A DNA stretch of 64,000 nucleotides from Eledone cirrhosa (lineage: Eukaryota). Below the pieces are notes generated by a model that saw nothing but the letters and a program-made list of their open reading frames with translations, was not told the origin of the DNA and did no database searches. Made by a program: the position numbers and the translations under genes. The first letter of the stretch is position 1. Each line of letters begins with the position of its first letter. Location of the stretch: NCBI GenBank assembly GCA_964016885.1, contig OZ024743.1, positions 113,150,001-113,214,000 of the forward strand, in the 5' to 3' direction. Shown piece by piece: positions 26,000 through 40,200 of this stretch.

Positions 26000-26345
26000 T
26001 GCACAGCACCACACTGCACCACACCGCACTGCACCACACCACATCGCAGTGCACCGCACCACATCACACCACACTTCACCACACCACATAAAAACATACA
26101 ATACTACACCACACTACTCCACACCATAACACCACAACACAACACACCACTCCACACCACACCACAACACAACACACTACTCCACATAAAAACACACCAC
26201 ACTACTCCACATAAAAACACACCACACTACTCCACATAAAAACACACCACACTACACCACATAACACCACAACACAACACACCATACCTCACTACATCAC
26301 GCCACATAAAAATACACCACACTACTCCACACCACATAACACCAA
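26000..26345. repeat. (CACAC/CTACA)-type pentamer array
   Basis: accac/actac/actcc units. Confidence 0.85.
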
Positions 26346-26624
26346 AAAATTTTTCCTCATCTTTTTTTCTTGTGTTATCAACTAATCTGATCTCCAAGAT
26401 GTTTGTTATTGACTCTCTCTTCATGGAAAACTTAGGTGGATGCACTTCTCTCATTTAACCCCAGAGTTTTCTCTAAGATTTTTCGTATGTTATCAACGAA
26501 TATGACCTCCAAACCAGTTGGAAATGATTAGTTGTTCTAGAAAAAAGGAGGGGTAAAGCAGGTGGAAAAACCATTGTCGTTTTGTAGATATATACCCTAA
26601 TGATTTTTCTTCGGTCTCCTTTTG

Positions 26625-27010
26625 AGTGCTATCAACTAATTTGACCTTTTAGTTGCTCTGAATCAATTTTTTTTTCCTGGGATTTGGAAACTAAAACTAA
26701 ATTAAACATAAAATTAAATCTAGCCCCAACCCTAAACTCTAAATCTAAACCAAATCAAGCTAAATCGAAATATAAACATTACCCCAACCCTTAAACTAAA
26801 CCCTAAACTATACCCCAACCATAAAACTAAACCCTAAACATTACCCCAACCCTAAAACTAAATCCTAAACTTTACCCCAAACCTAACACTAAACCCTAAA
26901 CTTTACCCCAACCCTAAAACTAAACCCTAAACATTACCCCAACCCTAAACCTAACCCAGGGAAATAAGTTGATTGAAAGCATCTAGGAGGTCAGATTAAT
27001 TAATAGCACA
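26625..27010. repeat. Degenerate TAACCC/TAAACC telomere-like tract between ~55-bp inverted repeats
   Basis: gtgctatcaactaatttgacc...tttcctggg / cccaggga...ggtcagattaattaatagcac. Confidence 0.75.
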
Positions 27011-27351
27011 GGAAATAGCATAGGAAATAGCATAGGAAATAGCATAGGAAATAGCACAGGAAATTAATAGTACAGGAAATATACCGAAAATGATTAAGTC
27101 CCACAACATGTGAGTGGGGTGTAAATCTGCAAAACTCTTCCCCTCTCCCTCTCCTCTTTCTCCCAAGCTAGTTGTTTTTGACTGGTTTGGAAGTCATATT
27201 CACTGATAACGCATGAAAATAGAATCAAAGAGAAAATTCCGAGTAAGCAGGGATTATCCGGATGAAGGGGGAACCACCTCACCCCGCTGTTTTCCTGGGG
27301 AGAAAAAGTCAGTTTCAAGCATCTTGGAGATTGGATTAGTTGATAGCACAT

Positions 27352-28720
27352 GTCATCTCATCTCATCTCGCCTTGCCTCGCCATGCTTCGCCTCGCCTTG
27401 CCTCGCCTCGCCTTGCCACGCCTCGCCTCGCCTCGCCACGCCATGTCTCGCCATGCCTCGCCTTGCCTCGCCATGCCTCGCCTCGCCTTGCCTCGCCATG
27501 CCTCACCTCGCAAAGCCTCGCCTCGCAAAGCCTCGCCTTGCCACACCTCGCCTCTCCACGCCATGCCTCGCCTTGCCATGCCTCGCCTCGCAAAGCCTCG
27601 CTTCGCAAAGCCTTGCCACGCCTCGCCTTGCCACGCCATGCCTCGCCATACCTCGCCTTGCCACGCCATGCCTCGCCACGCCTCGCCTCGCCTCTCCTCG
27701 CCTCGCAAAGCCTCGCTTCGCAAAGCCTCGCCTTGCCACGCCTCGCCTTGCCACGCCATGCCTCGCCATGCCTCGCCTTGCCACGCCATGCCTCGCCATG
27801 CCTCGCCTTGCCACGCCATGCCTCGCCATGCCTCGCCTCGCAAAGCCTCGCCTTGCCACACCTCGCCTCTCCACGCCATGCCACGCCTTGCAAAGCCTCG
27901 CTTCGCAAAGCCTCGCCTTGCCTCGCCACGCCTCGCCATGCCTCGCCTTGCCACGCCATGCCTCGCCACGCCTCGCAAAGCCTCGCCACGCCTCTCCTCG
28001 CAAAGCCTCGCTTCGCAAAGCCTCGCCTTGCCACGCCTCGCCTTGCCACGCCATGCCTCGCCATGCCTCGCCTTGCCATGCCTTGCCATGCCTCGCCTCG
28101 CAAAGCCTCGCCTTGCCACACCTCGCCTCTCCACGCCATGCCTCGCCTCGCAAAGCCTCGCTTCGCAAAGCCTCGCCTTGCCATGCCTCGCCATGCCTCG
28201 CCTTGCCACGCCATGCCTCGCCACGCCTCGCCACACCTCGCAAAGCCTCGCCTTTCCTCGCCTCATTTCACCACGCCTCGCCTCATTTCACCTCGCCTTG
28301 CCTCGCTTCATTTCACCATGCCTCGCCTCATTTCACCTTGCCTTGCCTCATTTCACCACGCCTCGCTTCATTTCACCTCGCTTCGCCTCATTTCACCACG
28401 CCACACCACATTTCATCACATCACATCACATCACACTTCATCACACTTCATCACATCACACTTCATCACATTTCATCACATCACATCACATTTCATCACA
28501 TCACATTTCATCACATCACATTTCATCACATCACATGCCACACTACATCCCACCACACTCCACTACACCATATCCCCCACCCTACACTCCACTACACCAC
28601 ACCACTGTCTACTACACTAAACCACACTCCACTACACTACACCACACCACTGTCCACTACACTAAACCACACTCCACTCCACTACACTACACCACACTCC
28701 ACTACACCACACTACACCAC
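27352..28720. repeat. Pentamer array grading CCTCG/CCATG -> TTTCA/TCACA -> CTACA/CCACA
   Basis: 5-nt register is essentially maintained over ~1.37 kb. Confidence 0.95.
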
Positions 28721-30019
28721 TGTCTATTCGACTGTTTTCTATTTCGTAGGTATGTCCAGTTACAGTAAGAGAAAGAAAGTTATTTCAAAGGATCTGAGTA
28801 AGTAAAAACTTCATTGACCATCATTTTAAGCAGAATCTCAGTGTAGTTTTAAATTGACCTTTTCATATGATTACACCTCAGTCTTAACTTAATCACATGT
28901 AGATGGATGCTACATGTAATGTTAAAATTAGTTAAACACTGTTTCCCCCTTCTCATCACATGTGGATGCTACATGTGTATTGTTAACATTAATCTAACGT
29001 TGTGTCCACCCCGTGCCTCGCCATATCATATCACACCACATCACACCATGTTGTACCACACCAGACCACATAACACCATGCTATACCATATATATATATA
29101 AGCTCCCCACTCGTTATATTAACTGTATCTCCTCGGTGTTTCGTGAAGGTCTGAGAGATCAGCTATATATTTGTTTACAAATTTTTTTTATATTTAGATG
29201 GAAAAGAAGAAAAAGACGACGAAGCAGACGACTAAAATGACAACGACAAAGAAGACACGGGAAACGAAGATGACGAAAAGAAGAAGAAAGTATGATCTCA
29301 GTTCAGTCTAAACCTAATGATTTATAGATATGATCTTAGTTCAGTCTTAACCTAATGACCTGTAGATACGATCTATTTAGGTTTAACTTAAACATTCAAA
29401 GATATTTGTATATACTTTTGTTGATGTTTGACATTGTTTTTTAGTTATGAAATAGCTTATAAGCTACATTATAAGATCACAGTGCATGAGCACACTGCTC
29501 TTTAAATTAACTTTATTTCCTCAGCACTTTGTAAAGTCTGAGAGATAGGCAACATATGTTTTACATTCTTTGTTTTTGGTATTTAGATGGCAGAGAAGTC
29601 AAAGGCACAGAAGAAGTCAAAGGCACAGAAGAAGTCAAAGGCACAGAAGAAGGCACAGAAGCAGTCAAAGGCACAGAAGAAGTCAAAGGCACAGAAGAAG
29701 ACAAAGAAAATGAACAAGAAGAACAATTATTATTACTATTATTGTTATTATTATTTGTATTATTATAATCAAACTAAGCCACACTACATCAACCTATACC
29801 ATACCATGCCACACCACACTGACAAACATTATACCATACCACATTATCCAACACCACACTACGAAACACTGTACGACTTCACATCAGACCATTCTATGAA
29901 ACAATATACAATACTACACTATACAACAATAGACAACATCACACAAGACTATGAAACACTATACTTTACCACACTATATCACACCACTCAAGTTAGAGAG
30001 GATCAACTTTTTTCCTGGA

Positions 30020-33000
30020 AAGTAGAAAACCTAACTTTAAGCTAAAACCGAACTTTAAAAATAACTTACCCTAACACTTGCACTCACACATGCTCTAACA
30101 GTGAACTTAGCGCTAACATGAAAACTAACACAAACACAAAATCTGAAAACTAACATTAAATAGAAAACTAACACAAACTAACCTGAACACTAACACTAAA
30201 ACTAACACTAATCTGAACACCAGCACTAAAACCAACACTACCGTAAACACTAATACAAACACTAACACTAACCTGAACACTTACACTAAAACTAACATTA
30301 GCACAAACATTAACCTGAACACTAGCACTAAAACTAACACTACCATAAACACTAACACTGACCTGAGCACTAACATTAAAAGTAACACTAACACTAACAC
30401 AAACACTAATCTGAAAACTGATACTACCCAGAAAACTAAGCTAACATTAACTTCAACACTAAAACAAACACTAACGCTAACAGAGATACTAACACAAATA
30501 TTAACACAAAAACAAACACTAACACAATCTCTAACACTAAAACTAACATTAACTTGAACACTAACACTAACCTGAAAACTAAGCTAACATTAACCTTAAC
30601 ACAAACACTCATGCTAACACTAACAGAAATACTAATGCTAACATTAACACAAAAACAAAGACTAACGCTAACACAATCACTAACACTAATGGAAATATCA
30701 ATCACTAATGCTGACAGAGATACTAAAACAAATATTAACACAAAAACAAATACTAACACTAACACAATCTCTAACACTAACCTCAACACTAACACTAAAA
30801 CTAACATTAACTTGAACACTAACTCTAACCTGAAAACTAAGCTAACATTAACCTGAACACTAACATAAACACTAATGCTAACACTAACAGAAATACTAAT
30901 GCTAACATTAACGCTAACCTTAACACAAAAACAGACTGACGCTAACACAATCACTAACACTAATGGAAACATTAATCACTAATGCTAACAGAGATACTAA
31001 CACAAAAACAAACACAAAAACAAACACTAACACAATCTCTAACACTAACCTTAACACTAAAACTAACATTAACACTAACATAACTTTAACACTAACCTGA
31101 ACACTTACACTAAAACTAACACTAACAGAGATACTAACACAAATATTAACACAAAAACAAACACTAACACAATCTCTAACACTAAAACTAACATTAACTT
31201 TAACACTAACCTGAAAACTAAGCTAACATTAACCTGAACACTAACACAAATACTCATGCTAACACTAACAGAAATACTAATGCTAACATTAACACAAAAA
31301 CAAAGACTAACGCTAACACAATCACTAACACTAATGGAAACATCAAACACTAATGCTAACAGAGATACTAACACAAATATTAACACAAAAACAAATACTA
31401 ACACTAACCTTAACACTAAAACTAACGCTAACACTAACCTAAACACTTACACTAAAACTAACACTAACAGAGATACTAACACAAATATTAACACAAAAAC
31501 AAACACTAACACAATTTCTAACACTAAAACTAACATTAACTGGAACACTAACACTAACCTGAAAACTAAGCTAACATTAACCTGAACACTAACATAAACA
31601 CTCATGCTAACACTAACAGAAATACTAATGCTAACATTAACACAAAAACAGACTAATGCTAACACAATCACTAACACTAATGGAAACATCAATCACTAAT
31701 GCTAAGAGATACTAACACAAATATTAACACAAAAACAAATACTAACACTAACACAATCTCTAACACTAACCTTAACACTAACATAACTTGAACACTAACA
31801 CTAACCTGAACACTTACACTAAAACTAACATTAACCTAAACACTAGCACTAAAACTAACACTACCATAAACAGTAACACAAACACTAAAACTGATCTGAG
31901 CACTAACAGTAACACTAACACTACCATAATACTAACACTAAAAAAAACACTAACACTAACCTGAACACTAACACTAAAACTAACACGAAAACTGATACTA
32001 ACCAGAAAACTAAGCTAACATTAACCTCAACACTAAAACAAACACTAACATTAACAGAAAAACAAAGACTAACACTAATGGAAACACTAACACAAACATT
32101 AACACAAAATAAAACACTAACACTACCGTAAACACTAACACGAACATTAACCTGAACACTAACACTACCATAAACCACTAACCTGAACACTAACACTAAC
32201 ACAAACACTAACACTAACACGAACACTAATGGAAACACTAACGCCAACGCTGACACTGACGAAGATGGCTATGCTGGCACAAATGCTAATGCAAATGTTG
32301 ACACAATCGCTTATGCTGACACAAACACTAACGTGAATACTGATGCAGGTGCAAAGGTGAATGCTGACAGATTCTGACACACACACTGATGTAAATGCTA
32401 CACACTCTAACGCTGACGTGGACACTGACACAAATGCTCACGATGATATAAAAAAAGCAAATGCAGACACTAATGCAAACACAGACGCAAATGTTGATGC
32501 AGATGTTAACGCAAATGCTGACAGCGATGCTAATGTGAACCTTAACGCAGACGTAAACATTGACGTAGAAGCTAAAGGAAACACCGATGCAAACACTAAT
32601 GAAAATGCTGACGCAGACGCTGACACAGACGCTAACACACGTTAACACAGATGCTAATGTAAACACTAACGCAGATGTTAATATAAACACTGACGCAGAC
32701 GCTAACATAAATGCTGACACAGATGCTAACACATATTGACACAGACGCTAACGTAAACGCTGACACAGACGCAAATGTAAACGCTGACGCTGATGTAGAT
32801 GTAAATACAGACACTGACGTAGAAGCTAACACAAACGCTGACACAAACACTAATGTAAGCGCTGATGTAGAAGCTAATGTAGCTGCTGATGTAGAAGCTA
32901 ACGTAAACGCTGACGTAGAAGCTAACAAAACGCTGACGTAGTTGTTACGTAGAAGCAGGCGTAGAAGTTAGCGTTTATCCTTACCGCCGAAGCTGATCTC

Positions 33001-34135
33001 CAAAACGCAATTGCTGATGCGGATTGCTGAAGCCAAAGCCAAGCTAACGCTGACGCAAATGTTGAGGCAGTATTGCCAGGCGCTGACGTGTATGCTGACG
33101 CTAACGCAAATGCTGATGCGGACGCTAGGGCTAAGGCTAATGCTAACGCTGACGCAAATGCTGAAGTTAACGCTTACATGGGATATGCAGACGCTGCAAT
33201 GATGCGGACGCCACAGGAAAGGTTAATGGAAACGCCAATGCTAACGGAAAACGCTGACGTACACGTTACGGAAACGCTGACGTAGAAGCTAACGTAAATG
33301 CTGACACAGACGCTAACGTAAACGCTGACACAGACGCTAACGTAAACACTGACGTTAACTGAAACGCTGACGCTGATGTAGATGTAAATACTGATGCTGA
33401 CACAGACGCGGTCGGAAACGTTGACGTAGATGCTAACGGAAACGCTGACGTAGATGCTAACGGAAATGCTGACGTAGAAGCTAACGTACACGCTGACACA
33501 GACGCTAACGTAAACACTGACACAGAAGCTAACGTACACGCTGACACAGACGCTAACAGAAATGCTGACAAAGACGTTAAAGGAAACGCTGTCGCAAACG
33601 CTAATGCTAATGCTGATGCAGATGCTGATGCAAATGCTAACCCCTACACAAATGCAAACGCTGATGTTAACACTGACTCAAACACTAATGCAAATGCTGA
33701 CGTGCATGCTGATGCAAACGCTGACACTGACACAAGTGCTGACGCGGACACTAATGCTGACTCAGAAGCTGACGTAGACGTAGGCACTGAAACAAACACT
33801 AATGCTAACACTAATGTTGACTCAGACGCTAAGGGAAATGCTGACACAATCACTATCACCAGCGCAGACGCTGATGCAAATGCTGACATGTACGCAAACA
33901 CTAATGCAGATGCTAACACCAGTCTACATAGACACTAACACAAAAGCTTACATAGACGCTTTTGCAAATGCTAACGCTGATGCAGACAGTAACGCAAACA
34001 GTAACTGTAAGAGTAACAGTTACACTAACAGTGACAGTGACAGTAATGTTAACAGTAACACAGTCACTAACAATAAACTTACCATTAACAGTAAAACTTA
34101 CCCTAACACTAACCCTAAATCTAACATTAACCCAG
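30020..34135. repeat. Hexamer array grading AACACT -> GACGCT/AATGCT -> AACAGT/AACCCT
   Basis: 6-nt register over ~4.1 kb with internal block duplications. Confidence 0.95.
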
Positions 34136-34229
34136 AGAAAAAAGTCATTTGCAATCACATTTAAGGTCACTCTTTAAGATATAGAAGATAGGCATTACAT
34201 TTTAATGATTTTAATTTAAAGAGAATCAC

Positions 34230-37200
34230 GCTATACGATGCAACACAATAACACACCACACCACACTAACCTACACTACACCAAACCAGATTATACCATA
34301 CCTTGGTAAATTTATGATAGGTTTCCATGTTATAACTACACCAAACTAAACCATACCAAACTACACCAAACCAAACCACACCATAACAAACTACACCATA
34401 CTACATCACACCATGCTATTGAACTCAGTGTGAAAAATGTTCTTCCTGCTTTTTTTTGTCTTTTTTTTGTGTGTGTGTGCTTACCACCCAATCTGACATT
34501 AAAAGTGTTTGCAATTAACTATTTTTTGCACATATTATCAATGAAGACGTTGAAACCTGTTGAAAATGACTAGCTTTGTAGAAAAAAGAGGGCGGAAAGT
34601 GGGTGGAAATACCATTCACAAAGCTTGTCATTTTTGATTGCAGTGAAAGTCATATTTGTTGTTAATATGGTAATGGAGGTACATGGCTTAGTGGTTAGAG
34701 CATTGGCCTTGCAATCGAAAGGTTTTGAATTCAATTCTCAGACCAGGTGGTGTGTTGTTTCCTTGAGCAAGACACTTTATTTCACATTGCTCCAGTTTAC
34801 TCAGCTGAAGAAATGAGATGATTGGGACTGGGGTCCCTATCATTCCACTACAAAGTGGTTGTGTAGGTGCCACGGCAAAAACCACCCAGCAGTCACTGTA
34901 AATGAGGTTGGTGTTAGGAAGGGCATACAGCTGTAGAAGTCAAGCCAGAATCAGTTCCCGTCCCACCCTTGCAAGCAGGGAAAAGTGGACGTAAAATGAT
35001 GATGATGATTGGAAAACCATACCACATTAAACTACATCAAACTACACCATACCATACTACATCACACCATGCTATTAATCTCAGTGAGAACATTTTTCTT
35101 CCTGTTTTTTTTTTTTCTGTGTGTGTGTGTGTGTGCTTACCACCCAATCTGAAATCAAAGGTGCTCACAAATGACTATTTTTTTACACATTATCAATGGA
35201 TATAACATGGAAACCTATTATTTGCAATAGGCTCCCATGTCATAACTACAACAATCCAAACCACACCACAACAAACTACACCATACTACATCACACCATG
35301 CTTTTGATCTCAGTGTGAAAAATTTTCTTCCTGTTACTTTTTTTTTTTTCTGTGTGTGTTCTTACCACCCAATCTGACATCAAAGGTGCTGCAATTGACT
35401 ATTTTTTGCACATATTATCAATAATTATGACATGGAAAACTGTCGAAAATGACTAGCTTTGTAGAAAAAAGAGGGAGGATGTGGGTGGAAATACCATTTA
35501 CAAAGCTAGTCACTTTTTATTGCAGCGGAAGTCATATTTTTTGTTAATATGCTAAAAGCATAGTCCACTGCGAGCATCTTGGAAGTTGTATTAGTTGATA
35601 GCACATGCAAAAGTGAAGGAAAACATTCTTTTTCTTACATAAATCAAAGTGGAAATTTAATTCCTTACTTATAACAAAGCACACCACACCACATTAATCT
35701 AACCCAAACCACACCATATCAAACAGCACCATATTATGGTAAATTTATTACAGAACACCTACTCCTATCGTTTACATCACACCATGGTATGAACATCAAT
35801 GTGACAAATTTGCTACCATCTTTTTTTTTTTTTTTTGTGGTTACCACCCAAACTAACATCAAAGGTGCATGACTATTTTCCCACATTATCAATGAATATG
35901 ACATGGGAATCTATCGTTTACAATTGGTTTCCATTTCATAACTTCACCAAACCAAACCACACCACACCAAGTTACACCATACTACATCACACCAAGCTAT
36001 TGATTTTGGTGTGACAAATTTTTATTTGGCATTTTTTTTTTTTTTTGTGTGCTTACCACCAAATTTGACATAAATGGTGCTTGCAAATTACTATTTTATG
36101 CACATATTATCAATGGTTATGACATGGAAACCTGATGAAAATGACTAGCTTTGTAGAAAAAAGAGGGAGGATGTGGGTGGAAATACCATTTACAAAGCTA
36201 GTCATTTTTTATTGCAGCGGAAGTCATATTTTTTGTTAATATGCTAATAGCATAGTCCACTGTGAGCATCTTGGAAGTTGATAGCACATGCAAAAATGAA
36301 GGAAAAATTTTTTTTCTAACATAAATCTAAGTGGAAATTTAAATCCTCACTTATAACAAAGCACACCACAGCACATTAATCTACCCCAATCCACACCATA
36401 ACCATACTTCACTATATGGTAAATTTATTACAAAACACCTACTCTTACCATTTACATCACACCATGGTATGGACATCAATGTGACAAATTTGCTACCTGT
36501 TTTTTTTGTTTTTTTTTGTGGTTACCACCTCAAACTAACATCAAAGGTGCTTGCAAATGACTATTTTGCCACACATTATCAATGAATATGAAATGGGAAT
36601 CTATCGTTTACAATTGGTTTCCATTTCATAACTTCACCAAACCAAACCACACCATACCAAGTTACACCATACTACATTGCACCAAGCTATTGATCTTGGT
36701 GTGAAAAATTTTCTTCCCGTTTCCTTTTTTTTTTGTGTGTGTGTGCTTACCACCCAATATGACATTAAAGGTGCTCCCAAGTGACTATTTTTTTTTCCAC
36801 TTATCAATAATTATGACATAGAAACCTGTTGAAAATGACTAGCTTTGTAGAAAAAAGAGGGAGGATGTGGGTGGAAATACCATTTACAAAGCTAGTCATT
36901 TTTTATTGCAGCGGAAGTCATATTTTTTGTTAATTTGCTAAAAGCATAGTCCACTGCGAGCATCTTGGAAGTTGTATTAGTAGATAGCACATGCAAAAGT
37001 GAGGGAAAAATTTTTTTTTCTTACATAAATCAAAGTGGAAATTTAATTCCTGACTTATAACAAAGCACACCACACCACATTAATCTAACCCAAACCACAC
37101 CATATCAAACAGCACCATTTTATGGTAAATTTGTTACAGAATACCTACTCCTATCGTTTACATCACACCATGGTATGAACATCAATGTGACAAATTTGCT

Positions 37201-40200
37201 ACCTGCTTTTTTTTTTTTTGTGGTTACCACCCAAACTAACATCAAAGGTGCATGACTATTTTCCCACATTATCAATGACTATGACATGGGAATCTATCGT
37301 TTACAATTGGTTTCCATTTCATAACTTCACCAAACCAAACCACACCATACCAAGTTACACTATACTACATCACACCAAGCTATTGATCTTGGTGTGAAAC
37401 ATTTTTTTCCGTTTCCTTTTTTTTTTCTGTGTGCTTACTACCCAATCTGACATTAAAGGTGCTCCCAATTTACTTTTTTTTTTCACATATCAATAATTAT
37501 GACATGGAAACTTGTTGAAAATGACTATCTTTGTAGAAACTTCACCAAACCACACCATACTACATCACACCAAGCTATTGATTTTGGTGTGACAAATTTT
37601 TATTTGACATTTTTTTTTTTTTTTGTGTGCTTACCACCAAATTTGACATAAATGGTGCTTGCAAATTACTATTTTATGCACATATTATCAATGGTTATGA
37701 CATGGAAACCTGATGAAAATGACTAGCTTTGTAGAAAAAAGAGGGAGGACGTGGGTGGAAATACCATTTACAAAGCTAGTCATTTTTTATTGCAGCGGAA
37801 GTCATATTTTTTGTTAATATGCTAATAGCATAGTCCACTGCGAGCATCTTGGAAGTTGATAGCACATGCAAAAATGAAGGAAAAATTTTTTTTATAACAT
37901 AAATCTAAGTGGAAATTTAAATCCTCACTTATAACAAAGCACACCACAGCACATTAATCTACCCCAATCCACACCATAACCATACTTCACTATATGGTAA
38001 ATTTATTACAAAACACCTACTCTTACCATTTACATCACACCATGGTATGGACATCAATGTGACAAATTTGCTACCTGTTTTTTTTGTTTTTTTTTGTGGT
38101 TACCACCTCAAACTAACATCAAAGGTGCTTGCAAATGACTATTTTGCCACACATTATCAATGAATATGAAATGGGAATCTATCGTTTACAATTGGTTTCC
38201 ATTTCATAACTTCACCAAACCAAACCACACCATACCAAGTTACACCATACTACATTGCACCAAGCTATTGATCTTGGTGTGAAAAATTTTCTTCCCGTTT
38301 CCTTTTTTTTTTGTGTGTGTGCTTACCACCCAATCTGACATTAAAGGTGCTCCCAAGTGACTATTTTTTTTTCCACTTATCAATAATTATGACATAGAAA
38401 CCTGTTGAAAATGACTAGCTTTGTAGAAAAAAGAGGGAGGATGTGGGTGGAAATACCATTTACAAAGCTAGTCATTTTTTATTGCAGCGGAAGTCATATT
38501 TTTTGTTAATTTGCTAAAAGCATAGTCCACTGCGAGCATCTTGGAAGTTGTATTAGTAGATAGCACATGCAAAAGTGAAGGAAAAATTTTTTTTTCTTAC
38601 ATAAATCAAAGTGGAAATTTAATTCCTGACTTATAACAAAGCACACCACACCACATTAATCCAACCCAAACCACACCATATCAAACAGCACCATATTATG
38701 GTAAATTTATTACAAAACACCTACTCTTACCATTTACATCACACCATGGTATGAACATCAATGTGACAAATTTGCTACCTGCTTTTTTTTTTTTTTTTGT
38801 GGTTACCACCCAAACTAACATCAAAGGTGCATGACTATTTTCCCACATTATCAATGACTATGACATGGGAATCTATCGTTTACAATTGGTTTCCATTTCA
38901 TAACTTCACCAAACCAAACCACACCATACCAAGTTACACTATACTACATCACACCAAGCTATTGATCTTGGTGTGAAACATTTTTTTCCGTTTCCTTTTT
39001 TTTTTCTGTGTGCTTACTACCCAATCTGACATTAAAGGTGCTCCCAATTTACTTTTTTTTTTCACATATCAATAATTATGACATGGAAACTTGTTAAAAA
39101 TGACTATCTTTGTAGAAACTTCACCAAACCACACCATACTACATCACACCAAGCTATTGATTTTGGTGTGACAAATTTTTATTTGGCATTTTTTTTTTTT
39201 TTTGTGTGCTTACCACCAAATTTGACATAAATGGTGCTTGCAAATTACTATTTTATGCACATATTATCAATGGTTATGACATGGAAACCTGATGAAAATG
39301 ACTAGCTTTGTAGAAAAAAGAGGGAGGATGTGGGTGGAAATACCATTTACAAAGCTAGTCATTTTTTATTGCAGCGGAAGTCATATTTTTTGTTAATATG
39401 CTAATAGCATAGTCCACTGCGAGCATCTTGGAAGTTGATAGCACATGCAAAAATGAAGGAAAAATTTTTTTTCTAACATAAATCAAAGTGGAAATTTAAA
39501 TCCTCACTTATAACAAAGCACACCACAGCACATTAATCTACCCCAATCCACACCATAACCATACTTCACTATATGTTAAATTTATTACAGAACACCTACT
39601 CTTACCATTTACATCACACCATGGTATGGACATCAATGTGACAAATTTACTACCTGTTTTTTTTGTTTTTTTTTGTGGTTACCACCTCAAACTAACATCA
39701 AAGGTGCTTGCAAATGACTATTTTGCCACACATTATCAATGAATATGAAATGGGAATCTATCGTTTACAAATGGTTTCCATTTCATAACTTCACCAAACC
39801 AAACCACACCATACCAAGTTACACCATACTACATTGCACCAAGCTATTGATCTTGGTGTGAAACATTTTTTTCCGTTTCCTTTTTTTTTTTCTGTGTGCT
39901 TACTACCCAATCTGACATTAAAGGTGCTCCCAATTTACTTTTCTTTTTCATTTATCAATAATTATGACATGGAAACCTGATGAAAATGACTAGCTTTGAA
40001 GAAAAAAGAGGGAGGATGTGGGTGGAAATACCATTTACAAGGCTAGTCATTTTTTATTGCAGCGGAAGTCATATTTTTTGTTAATTTGCTAAAAGCATAG
40101 TCCACTGCGAGCATCTTGGAAGTTGTATTAGTAGATAGCACATGCAAAAGTGAAGGAAAATTTTTTTTTTCTTACATAAATCAAAGTGGAAATTTAATTC

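Noticed and set aside
26690-26955. True telomere or chromosome fusion site
   Set aside because: The tract is degenerate, in a single orientation and enclosed by inverted repeats.
27213-28805. 530-aa and overlapping long ORFs
   Set aside because: They are products of a stop-free pentamer array that is open in all six frames; no domain signal.
30436-34177. Thr/Asn/Ala/Asp repeat ORFs resembling antifreeze or shell proteins
   Set aside because: Hexamer array with frequent stops and frameshifts, and no signal peptide.
34674-34750. tRNA-Cys-like sequence
   Set aside because: It is the head of a multi-copy SINE and lacks proper acceptor and anticodon stems.
36132-36225. CTGATGA followed by a long stem in the satellite (retrozyme-like array)
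   Set aside because: No GAAA follows the stem, no stem I or III was found, and about half the monomers read CTGTTGA.
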